DNA from: Octopus sinensis
Lineage: Eukaryota
Assembly (NCBI RefSeq): GCF_006345805.1
Contig: NC_043006.1
Location: forward strand, 84,568,001 to 84,632,000
Length of the DNA stretch: 64,000 bases
Direction of reading: 5' to 3'
The notes under the pieces are model-generated. The model ran no database searches. It was not told where the DNA came from and was given only the letters and a program-made list of their open reading frames with translations. Each line of letters opens with the position of its first letter. The stretch's first letter is position 1. This document shows, in pieces, positions 38,572 to 51,040 of this stretch. The position numbers and the translations under genes were made by a program.

Positions 38572-39567
38572 GATATATATATACATATACATATATATAC
38601 ATATATACATATATACATACGTATATATACATATATATATGTATACATATATGTATATATATATTATATATATATACATATATATATTTATACATACACA
38701 CACACACATTCAAATCTTAGAATGTAAAGTTGTGTGTGTGAATTTTGTGTGAGTGTTTATTGTTGTTGTTGTTGTTGTTGTTGTTTTGTCCAGAACAACC
38801 CTGATTGTGCAGGTCTTTCATGAAAGACAATCGAAGCATGACCATCCTATTTTCTTAGGATTACCTGGTTTTATTAACCCTAATGTACTCTGTCCGTCTA
38901 TAAAACGTTCGGCAGTGATTTAGAGAAAGGGTTTTGGCTGTTATTTCTAGCAGGCTTGTGTGGGTGTGTGTGGTGTGTGGGAGAGGAGAGAGAGAGAGAG
39001 AGGGGGGGGGGGAGTGAAATGGAAGAAGGAACTACAATACTCGACCGGTTCTTTATTTATCGATCCTGAAATTACAGAAAACCAAGTTGATCTCAGCGTT
39101 ATTTGAACTCAGATAGCCGGAACAGATATTGCGAAGCATTCTGTCCACTCTGGCACCTAAATGCACATGGCCGTGGCTAGGGCTAGATTGCTGCACTCAC
39201 GATCGCGAGATCATGGTTTCAATTCCTGGACCGAGTGATGCATCGTGTTCTTGGGCAAAACTTTTATCTCACATTGATCAGCGATCACTTCGACACCTGA
39301 CGTATGGTAAACCATGTACCTGTTCAGAGAACACCGATTTGATGGAGTGGCTGAGCTCATGTACAGCACGAACATTTGATCGCTATAAACAAATCATTTA
39401 TGCATATTGTTCGGCAAGAAATTGCAGAACCAAAAGGATAAAAAATGCAATGTTGACCTCGGTAGGATTTGAACTCAGAGCTCAGACAGTGGGAACAAAT
39501 ACCGCGAAGTAGTATATCCAACGCTCTAACAACTACACCAATTCGTTACCTACTTTAGATTAAAATA

Positions 39568-39949
39568 TACTCTTTTACTCTTTTACTTGTTTCAATCATT
39601 TGACTGTGGCCATACTGGAGCACCACCTTTAGACGAGCAAATCGACTAACCCAGGACTTATTCTTTGTAAGCCTAGCACTTATTCTATCGGTCTCTTTTG
39701 CCGAACTGCTAAGCTACGGAGACGTAAACACACCAGCATCCGTTGTCAAGCGATGGTGGGGGAACAAACACAGACACACAGACACACACACATACATATA
39801 TACATACATATATACGACGGGCTTCTTTCAGTTTCCGTCTACCAAATCCACTTACAAGGCTTTGGACGGCCCGAGGCTATCGTAGAAGACACTTGCTCAA
39901 GGTGTCACGCAGTGGGACTGAACCCAGAACCATGTGGTTGGTAAGCAAG
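39568..39949 (-). mobile_element. SINE family B, abutted at 39950-40087 by a + strand SINE A core and tail
   Basis: (TACTCTTT)n tail and full body; junction GTAAGCAAG|GTCGACTTT. Confidence 0.9.
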
Positions 39950-40463
39950 GTCGACTTTACCTTTCATCCTTTCGGGGTCGATAAATTAAGTACCAGTTAC
40001 GCATTGGGCTCGATGTAATCGACTTAATCCGTTTGTCTGTCCTTGTTTGTCCCCTCTATGTTTAGCCCCTTGTGGGTAATAAAGAAACAAATATTTGGAT
40101 TCTTTTCTGTCCAAAATAAAACAACTTTTCCCAATGTTTCCATAATGCTACTCTGTATGTATAGTTTGTATATAAAGTTAGCAAAAGTCTACCGGATACG
40201 CTGGTTCAGATTTTTCTTCGTTTCTTTTCATTGCTCTAATAGTTACTGCGCTATTATTAAGCTGTTTTGCATTTTCTCTTGAACTTCTTTGATTTTGAAA
40301 ATGATTTGATATTTTCATTTTCATTTTCAGAGAAAAACGACTTTCATGGCATTTGAAAAATGTATTATTCAACAGGAAAAAACTTTTCACAAAATATGTA
40401 TTTAAAAATAGCAATTGAAACTTAAGCGTTGGTTTGAATGGATTTACTTCACCATCGTAGGAG

Positions 40464-40856
40464 TAGGAGTGGCTGTTTGGTAAGTGGCTTGCTTACGAAC
40501 CACATGGTTCCGGGTTCAGTCCCACTTTGTGACACCTTAGGCACGTGTCTTCTGCTATAGCCTCGGGCCGTCCAAAGCCTTGTGAGTGGATTTGGTAGAC
40601 GGAAACTGAAAGAAGCCCGTCGTATATATGTATATATATGTATGTGCGTGTATATGTTTGTGTGTCTGTGTTTGTACCCCCAACATCGCTTGACAACCGA
40701 TGCTGGTGTGCTTATGTCCCCGTAACTTAGCGGTTCGGCAAAAGAGACCGATAGACTAGGCTTACAGAGAATAAGTCCAGATTTGCTCGACTAAAGGCGG
40801 TGCTCCAGCATGGCCACAGTCAAATGACTGAAACAAGTAAAAGAGTAAAAGAGAGT
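40464..40856 (+). mobile_element. SINE family B, full length
   Basis: Head GGAGTGGCTGTTTGGTAAG...GGTTCAGTCCCAC, central CCTTAGGCACGTGTC (CORE-like, from recall) and an (AAAAGAGT)n tail. Confidence 0.92.
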
Positions 40857-41328
40857 ATCTCACTACGGAAAGGGTGAAATGAAAGTGAAATGGAATGAGA
40901 TGTTTGTTTCTACGTAAAGTTAAAAAATGAAAATAAATATTAGAGAATTGGAAACAGAAAAAATCGCTCAAAGTGAACTGACAAGAGGGTAAACGAACGA
41001 AAGAGTTTATGCATATCTTTTATCTCTTTTATCATTTACGTGTTTCAGTCATTCTGCGGCCATGCTGGAACACCGCCTTGATGTGTCTTAGTCGAACAAA
41101 TCGTCCCCAGGTCCTATTTTGTTAAAGCTTAGTCCTTATATATATATAAGTACATTAAAAGGCTCCTAAATAAAGAAGCAAGTACTTTTAATGTAGGAGC
41201 CTTTTAATGTACTTATATATGAATAACATATGTCTAATGACTAATTTGTCTTTTGTGCTAGATCACCGGTAATAATAATTTATTTTATTACCCTATTTAC
41301 TATGTTATATATATATATATATATATAT

Positions 41329-41518
41329 ACTCTTTTACTTGATTCAGTCATTTGACTGTGGCCATGTTGGAGCACCGCCTTTAGTCGAGCAAATCGACCC
41401 CTGGACTTATTCTCTATAAGCCTAGTACTTATTCTATCGGTCTCTTTTGCCGAAACGCTAGGCTACGTGGACGTAAACACACAATCGGTTGTCAAGCGAT
41501 GCCTGAGGGACAAACACA

Positions 41519-41608
<90 letters not shown>

Positions 41609-41768
41609 CACGACAGGCTTCTTTCAGTTTCCGCCTACAAGATCCACTCACAAGGCTTTGGTCGGCCCGAGGCTATAGTAGAAGACACTTGTCCAAGGTG
41701 CCACGCAGTGGGACTGAACCCGGAACCATGTGGTTGGTAAGCAAGCTTCTTACCACACAGCCACGCCT
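41329..41768 (-). mobile_element. SINE family B, full length
   Basis: Reverse complement of the 40464 type with an expanded internal (CA)n. Confidence 0.92.
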
Positions 41769-42061
41769 GTGCCCTCTGTGTGTGTGTGCGTGTGTGTGCG
41801 CAAGCGTATGTATGTGTGTGTGCGTGTCTGCATATTTTTCTATGTATACATATATGCAGTTATATGTATGCGTATGTGTATATGCGAGTGTGTTCGTGTG
41901 TGTGTGCGCTCGCGCGCGTACGTTAGAATAAATACATGGACGCATGTATTATTTATATAGAAATTATAAATTCCTCCTTTTAGAGTGCATTGAGTACTTT
42001 GTCATTTTTTTAATGAAGATTATCAGGAATGCATGCAGGGAGGGAGATAGAGATTGTTGCT

Positions 42062-42141
<80 letters not shown>

Positions 42142-42154
42142 CAGATAGACAGAC

Positions 42155-42191
<37 letters not shown>

Positions 42192-42193
42192 CC

Positions 42194-42297
<104 letters not shown>

Positions 42298-42609
42298 ATA
42301 AATTGATACTTAGCTAGACAGAATGAGAGAAAGTGAGGGAGTGAGAGAGGACTTTGGTAAGAAAGACGTATAGACCGACAGATACAGAGACAAACTAACG
42401 GAGATATAGATCGATCGATCGATCGATCGATATTCGATATATATATATATATGTATGCATGTATGTATGTATGTATATATGTGTGTGTTTGTGTGTTTAT
42501 TCATCTATATAGATTGCTTTTGATTTAAGTGTAATGTAATGTATATCTATTTGTTAAACAATCTATCTATCTATGTATACACACACGCACACACATATTT
42601 ATATATATA

Positions 42610-42646
42610 TAGTATATATATCTATATATATATATATATATATATA

Positions 42647-42696
<50 letters not shown>

Positions 42697-42830
42697 TATA
42701 TATATATAGGGAGGGGGAGAACGGGGAGGGAGAGAGACTTGCATGGAAACCAGAATATAACAGCAAAAGTGCGAGAGAGATGAAGAGAGAGAGGGAGAGA
42801 GAGAAAGTGAGCAGTAGCAGCAGCAGCAAC

Positions 42831-42886
<56 letters not shown>

Positions 42887-42887
42887 C

Positions 42888-42929
<42 letters not shown>

Positions 42930-43092
42930 CGGGACGAGAAAGGGTAAGAAGAGGTAGAGGTGGAGAAGGATGGGGAGGCGAGCGGCTTCAGAATGGCGAT
43001 TGTGAAAACAAATATAAAAAAGCTCATAATAATTTTTTTAATAGTAATAACGGTTGTTACGTGGAGGTAAGACAATAAAAGTAAATATATAT

Positions 43093-43178
<86 letters not shown>

Positions 43179-43312
43179 TATATATATATAGGGAGGGGGA
43201 GAACGGGGAGGGAGAGAGACTTGCATGGAAACCAGAATATAACAGCAAAAGTGCGAGAGAGATGAAGAGAGAGAGGGAGAGAGAGAAAGTGAGCAGTAGC
43301 AGCAGCAGCAAC

Positions 43313-43356
<44 letters not shown>

Positions 43357-43357
43357 C

Positions 43358-43408
<51 letters not shown>

Positions 43409-43565
43409 CGGGACGAGAAAGGGTAAGAAGAGGTAGAGGTGGAGAAGGATGGGGAGGCGAGCGGCTTCAGAATGGCGATTGTGAAAACAAATATAAAAAA
43501 GCTCAATAATAATTTTTTTAATAGTAATAACGGTTGTTACGTGGAGGTAAGACAATAAAAGTAAA

Positions 43566-43567
<2 letters not shown>
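42610..43567. repeat. ~480-bp tandem duplication
   Basis: Unique sequence 42709-43087 is repeated at 43191-43567; differences are confined to microsatellite lengths and a 1-nt indel. Confidence 0.95.
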
Positions 43568-43609
<42 letters not shown>

Positions 43610-44052
43610 TGTATGTATGTATACAGCCAAAGCAAATTGGCCAGGTGAAAACAAGCACGTGGTTTCTTATTTATTTGTCTATTTATTTATTTAGCAGCTT
43701 TTTTTTTGCATAATTAAAATATTCGTGTGGATTCAGCAGTGGTCGAAAAAGGAAGGACGTCACGAGATGTTGTCTACTTAACCGAGGTGTACTCACACTG
43801 TTATAATGTATTAACACCAGTGGAGTGTCCATAAAATGCACGTGAAGATACAAGCCGTATCGATAGAGGGCTTTCTTCATAGAAACGCACACACGTACAT
43901 GAAACGGACGTAGCAACTGATTAAGACGCCAACACACACACGGTCGCGAGTGCGCGCCCACACTTGTTCACACGCATTTAGTTGATGTTGGGTTGTGTGT
44001 GTGTGTATGTGGAGATGTGTGAGTGTGTGAGTGTGTGTGTGTGTGTGCGTGT

Positions 44053-44093
<41 letters not shown>

Positions 44094-44542
44094 CGTTGAT
44101 GTGCGTGTTGTGTTGATTAACAGGTAGGAAGATGGTAAAGAGTACACTAGGTGGAACTCTCACTTTATTGGTCAAAGTACAGATTGATAAGGCCTTGTGC
44201 ACGGACAGGAATGTATTTGTGTGTGTGTGTGTGTGTGTGTGTGGGTGTAAGAGAGAGAGAGAGAGAGTGAGTGTGTGTGTGTGTATGTATATGCGTGTAT
44301 GTGCGCGCATGTATGTGTGAATGTGTCTGTATGTTTGCGTTTATGTGTACAGGTGGGATTGTACGCTTGACCTTCGCAGGTCTTATGATTTATGTATGTA
44401 TGCATGTATGCATGTATGTAAATATATATGTGTGTGTGTGTGAGTGTGTCTACATATACGTGGATGCTTATAAATACATATACAGGCATGTGTACACATA
44501 CACATACATAAATATATACATACATACATACATATATATATA

Positions 44543-44605
<63 letters not shown>

Positions 44606-44788
44606 GTTATATATATAAATAAGACCATAGCGGATCTATTTCTAGCATAAGGGTGTCCACATAGTGGTTTTCCTCTAATATGTATATATAACAATTTTAC
44701 TGAACCTTCAGTTTTTTTATATGCTAGACCACTGTGTGAATTCGATGTTATTAAATGATATCTTATTTCTCACCCTCATTTTAAATTT

Positions 44789-44872
<84 letters not shown>

Positions 44873-45064
44873 ATGTATGTATGTATGTATGTATGTATGT
44901 ATTATTTAAATCGAGCAGGTCTCTTTTGCTATTCTGAGTTTCACCTGTAATACAGAATCCTCAAGCAGGTTGTGATTCTCACTATCTACCTGTCTACCTG
45001 TCTGTCTTTCTGTCTGTCTCTGTCTGTCTGTCTGTCTGTCTGTCTCTGTGTGTCTTCTCTATGT

Positions 45065-45096
<32 letters not shown>

Positions 45097-45251
45097 GTCC
45101 ACCCCTGTCTCCCTCTGTCATTCTCTCTATATATTTGCGCATGAGTGTGCGTATGTGTGTGTTTGCACGTGCAGGCGGCATGTATGTGTGTTTCTCTACT
45201 TTCAAAGTAAGCGTGCTTCGTTTTGTGTTATATGTGTGTGTGTGTAAGTGT

Positions 45252-45301
<50 letters not shown>

Positions 45302-45886
45302 ATATGAGTATGTTCATGTCCCATGTATATACTGCATACGTGCACGTATATATACATACATGTATGCATGCATGTATGGTACACATGCATTCCTGCAGAC
45401 ATACATCGCTTTTTATACCTACATAAAACAGGCACGTGACTTCTATCAAAGTATCGAGTTGACACTACACCTCAAGTAAAATCGGGTGGACAGCAGCCAC
45501 TCGGATGGCATGCATTATCTACCTGTACTTAAATGGCCTCACCTGATACGCTATGACTCCTTCAATCTGCCTAACGATGCCAAAGAATGAGCTAATTGTG
45601 TGTGTGTGTGTGTAATATTGAGGTACACGCTAAATCAATAAGCACGAAGGGCAGTTGATCGATGAACTAGAATACTCGTTTACTCGTTGGCGAAATCGAT
45701 GGATAACTATTTATTGACTCTCTCTGACAAACTGACTGACTGTCTGTCTGTTTCTCTCTCTCTCTCTATCTATCTATCTCTATCTCTCTCCCTCTACGCT
45801 AGTATGTATTATGTATGTATGTATGTATGTATGTATGTATGTATGTATGTATGTATGTATGTATGTATGTATGTGTGTGTGTGTGT

Positions 45887-45919
<33 letters not shown>

Positions 45920-45921
<2 letters not shown>

Positions 45922-46132
45922 TAATCCTTCGACTATCGCGGGTGTTACGTTCCAAAAATCCCCGCGATAGGTGAAAATCTGCGAAGTACAAACAGTACTG
46001 TACTGTATATTTTTTTTTTGTATTATTTTTTTATAATTTATATATATCTATTTTATCATAAATGCAAAACAACACCACAGAGAAATCGACGTAAGCTTAA
46101 ATAAAAAACCGCGATATGGCGAGGGATTACTG
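45920..46132. mobile_element. pogo/Tigger-like MITE
   Basis: Terminal inverted repeats AGTAATCCTTCGACTATCGCGG / CCGCGATATGGCGAGGGATTACTG followed by TA. Confidence 0.7.
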
Positions 46133-46173
46133 TATGTATATATGTATATATGTATATATATTATATATATATA

Positions 46174-46246
<73 letters not shown>

Positions 46247-46377
46247 TATATATATATATATACTTTATTTAAAGCAGCAGAAAATTTTCTGCTGCTTTAA
46301 ATAAAGCATATTACTCTACCACTGGTATTTGAGTACTCTTTTTTTTCCACCTTGTTTCACATTTATGTGTTTACTCC

Positions 46378-46441
<64 letters not shown>

Positions 46442-46461
46442 GATAAATAGAATAGATAGAT

Positions 46462-46533
<72 letters not shown>

Positions 46534-46816
46534 TCACGCATATATTTATGTATATATGTAATTATATATAATGTATGTATAATGTATGTATAAGCACATA
46601 TATATATAATGTATGTATAATGTATGTATAAGTAGTTATTTAAACCTGGAATATACACATGGTAGTAAACCGATTGAAGAACTTTCACTGTTTATGGCTA
46701 CCTGTTGTCATCCACAGTATTGATATAACTGCCACTGGATCTACCTCAGGAATTCCTCAGTGTTCGTCCAGTATATAACAAATGAATGAAACAAAATGAA
46801 ATTCACGAGATCCATC

Positions 46817-47495
46817 TGTACTGTCTCGAAAGTAATGACGGCGTTTGAGAAAGAGTGAAAAATCTCCTGGTCAAAACAAAACTCTGGAAGAAAACCAAAA
46901 CTTTCAGATAGGGACTGTCGAACTTTTACAGGAATTGTTAGAAATTATCACAAAAGTACAGCTCCCAAAATTACTGCAGAGCTTAATGACCATCTCGAGA
47001 ACCCAAGGAGGGCTGCAATCAGAAAACTACTACTTTCAAAAACAAACGTTGCAAAGTGTTTAGAGTGGAGTAAAAACCTACAGAATAGAGCAGTGGAAGA
47101 ATGCTATTGTCTCGGACGAGTCATCCTTTACCTTACTTCCGACCACCGACCGAGTATACATGTGGAGACAGCCAAAAGAAGCATTTGACTCAGACTGTCT
47201 TCTTCCAACTGTTAAACATAGAGGAGGATCTGGGATGATCTGGGTGTGAGGGCTATATCTTTGAAATCCGCCGTTCCATGGTAAAATTAAAAGTCAAGAC
47301 ATTTTAGCTGATCAAATTCATCCTATGGTTGCAGAACTGTTTCCGGAGGGAAACGCAATCTTTCAGGATGATAATGCACCAATTCACACAGCTAAAGTTG
47401 TTACTGAACGGCACGAGGAACATTCTAGTGAAGTTGAACATCTTATCTGGCCACCACAGTCCCCAGATTTCAATATTATTGAACATTTATGGTGC
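46817..47495 (+). pseudogene. Tc1-like transposase relic with DD36E spacing
   Basis: TVSKVMTAF..NSGRKPKLSDRD..KITAELNDHLENP; WKNAIVSDESSF..PTVKHRGGS; FQDDNAPIHTAK..WPPQSPDFNIIEHLW. I count 36 residues between the second catalytic D and the E. Confidence 0.9.
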
Positions 47496-48630
47496 ATTTC
47501 AATCCGGCCAAGTACAAATCATTGTCTTGCGTGGGTACAGCGTTAGCTTGGTGCAAAGTATTGTTTGCTTGTCGAGACTCAGTCATACTTTCCTCTCTTT
47601 CAAATGAAGTAAAATTACGAACTTTTATGGCCGATGATAATGCGATAAAGAAATCTCTTTTTGTGTTCCCGAGCAGCCTGGTGTCGAGTGAGCGAGCGAA
47701 CTGGTGGCAACAGGGGGACGTTGGAGTTTGCCTCATTCGTTCAGGGTGTGTGAAACCGAGCTTTCGGACCTTATCCGTCGAGTGAAGGTGCCAAACGACA
47801 GTATCATGAGAGCAACACATCTGCTGGGCTAACTCCCGAGCGAATTGGCGCGGTTCGTCATGAATAAGATCGTTTGTGGAGGCACATGGCCTAGTGGTTA
47901 GAGCAGCGGAATCGCGGTCGAGGGGTCGCGGGTTCGAATCTCAGACCGGGCGATGTGTGTGTTTATGAGCGAAAACACCTAAGCTCTACGCGGCTCCGGC
48001 AGAAGGTAATGGCGAATTTCTGCTGACTCTTTCGCCACAACTTTCTCTCGCTTTTTCCTCCTGCATCTTGCAGCTCACCTGTGACGGACTGGCGTCCCGT
48101 CCAGGTGGGGAACCTATACGCCAAGAAACAAGGAAACCGGCCCTTATGAGCCAGGCATGGCTCGAGAAGGAACAAACAACAACAATAAGATCGTTTAATC
48201 GATCCTCATTGAACGAGCTTATCCATGACGGCCGAAACGATCTTATCCATGTGGACCGGAACTCAGAAAGGCTGTGCGGTCAAATTCCTTCTCCTTGAAA
48301 CGTGAAAACCATTTCTGTGCAGTCCGTTCAGTACTGACGCCTTCTTTGAACGCAGCACGAATGCCTCGAGCGGTTTCGGCAGCATTGGAAACTTGATTGA
48401 AAATGAAAAGAAGCAGGTGTCGAAAATGTAAATATTTTTCCTAGTTGCCACTCTATCGTTATATGTCTGAAAAGAGGTAAAAATTTATTCAAATTTCAAA
48501 AGTTGTAGAAGAACAGAGCTACAAAAAAAAACCCCACAAGAAACAGGCCATAAAACAATGATAAAAAATATTTTTCGTGTTAATTCAAATAACTCTGGAA
48601 AGAAAAGAACGAATTTATCTGACAACCAAA
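47496..48630 (-). mobile_element. Mariner element, 5' portion with TIR, interrupted by a SINE
   Basis: TIR-like TA|TTTGGTTGTCAGATAAATTCG at 48604-48632; HFRHLLLFIFN, ERTAQKWFSRFK, FNEDRLNDLIHDEPRQ, HKKRFLYRII, YPRKTMICTW. Confidence 0.85.
47876..48183 (+). mobile_element. SINE family C with a 13-bp target-site duplication
   Basis: AATAAGATCGTTT at 47863-47875 and 48184-48196; (AAC)n tail. Confidence 0.95.
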
Positions 48631-48644
48631 TATACTTGTATGTG

Positions 48645-48676
<32 letters not shown>

Positions 48677-48742
48677 TGTATGTATGTATGTATGTATGTA
48701 TGTATGTATGTATCTATCTATCTGTCTATCTATCTATCTATC

Positions 48743-48794
<52 letters not shown>

Positions 48795-48804
48795 CGTAAG
48801 TGTG

Positions 48805-48841
<37 letters not shown>

Positions 48842-48854
48842 CTATGTGTTTGTG

Positions 48855-48898
<44 letters not shown>

Positions 48899-49483
48899 TA
48901 CACACACATACAGACGCGCATACGCGCACACACACGCACATACACACTCACGTACGCGCGCACACACACACATAAGGAGACATTCTTTTGTGTAGTTGCC
49001 TTTGATATAAACACCCAGACAATTTTGCTTTATTTCACTGTCAGTGAGAATTGGCATATCAAAGAGTTTAGTAACACTGAGGTTTCTTATACTTTTATTT
49101 TTATATAAAAAAAGTTCCTCTTATTGTTCACACACACACACACCACACACACACACACAGGTATACAGAGAGTGGGAGAGAATGAGAGAGATATTTATGA
49201 ATGTACGCATATATATTTATAACATTCGCAGTTTCTATTATATGTATTATGAAGTTTCATAATGTTTGTATTGACTTGACTTGCCTTCGGCCCTCAGCTC
49301 TTTGGTATGGTTACAGGTGTATCATTCCAGTGTATGGCCTGTATCGTCAGATCTTCAGACATAGCGAAGCCCATCCCTTTTCAGATCTGCCTACAACTGA
49401 TTCCTTCTAGAATGAAAGACAGAAAGAAAGAGAGAGAAAACGAAGAATGGCCCCCTACTGTAGAAGACTGATATATTTTTGGC

Positions 49484-49694
49484 TTCAAATTTTGGCACAA
49501 GACCAGCAAGTTCGGGAGAGGACGTGAGTCGATTACCTCGATTCCAGTATTTCACTGGTACTTATGTTATCGACCCCAAAAGAATAAAAGGCAAAGTTGA
49601 TTTCAGCGCAATTTGAACTTACAACATAAGGGCAGACGAAATTCCACAAAGCCTCTTACTCAGCGTGCCAATGAGTCTACCAGCTCGTCGCCTT
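49484..49694 (-). mobile_element. SINE family A (tail type 2), diverged
   Basis: Head, core and tail-2 are recognisable. Confidence 0.8.
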
Positions 49695-49786
49695 GAACTG
49701 ATATATTATTAAAGAATGAAAAGCAGTTTGGTCATTCATGTATCTTGACAATCTGTAAGTCTACGCACACACACGCTCGCGCACAC

Positions 49787-49907
<121 letters not shown>

Positions 49908-50534
49908 GGCACATACACACATATATATATTATTATGTATGCATATATATATATATACATATATATATATTATTTATATATGTATATATACATATATACA
50001 TTTATATATGTATATATGCATATGTATGTATATATATATATATACATGAGTGTGCGCGTGTGTGAGTATGTGTGCATAGAAATATATATGGAGCGGAGAT
50101 TATGGTGGTGTGTATATAGATATATGAATACAATAAAAAATATTTCTGTTGACGCAAACAATAGGCATTCCACTTACTGTAAACACTAGATAATCAAATA
50201 TAAGCTTTTGATTATTTTATCAGAAGTTAATATCTCATTCATATGTTGTTATTGTTGTTGTTGCTGCCGTTGTGATTGTTGTTGCTTAGCACCAGGTCAC
50301 CTTTGACGAACAGATTTTTGATGAATAATGACATTCCAGTCGAAAGCATTCTGTCCTTTTCCCTCCTCTCTTTATTGTATATTAAGTTCTACCTTATGAT
50401 GTCATGTATCCAGAACTACCTGTGTTTTCTTCCTTTTTTTATCTCAAGGTGTAAACCACATGATTTCAGTAAGCTATTTGGCTGCTATTTCGATGGTACA
50501 TCGTAGAGGCTCCCTCGCTGGATCGTTCATTTTC

Positions 50535-51040
50535 CGGTTGATCCCTATAGTTGATCTCTAACTTGTTGGTCCTTTATTAGTTGATTACTTATTTACTAGT
50601 TCCTTAATTGATCTGTTATTGGCTAACTCATTATCAGTTGATCAGTAATAAGTTGATCCCTTTTTTGATCTCTTTGCTGACCCCTAATTGACTTCTCATT
50701 GGTTGATCCCTTTGTTTATCCATTGGTCTTTTATTAATTTATTATTAGTTGATCTCTTAATAGTTGATCTATAATTACCTTATCCCTTATTAATTGATCC
50801 CTAATTATTTGATACCTAATCATTTGCTACCTAATTCATTGACCCCTTATTGATTGATTCCTTATTAATTAATCCATTACCTATTAGACCTTTAGTTTAT
50901 TATTAGCTGATCCCTTATTACTTGATCCCTATTTAGTTAATTTGTTAGTTGTTCCCTTATCCTTTTATTTTATTTTGAAAACTTATTAATTATTAGTTAT
51001 CTCTTCTTAGTTGACCACTAATCAACAGATCTTTAATTAC
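50535..51040. repeat. Cryptic decayed minisatellite, unit about ATTAGTTGATCCCTT
   Basis: TTGATC(C/T) recurs roughly every 13-17 bp. Confidence 0.7.

Noticed and set aside
42599-43654. 351-aa minus-strand ORF
   Set aside because: It spans the tandem duplication and microsatellites only.
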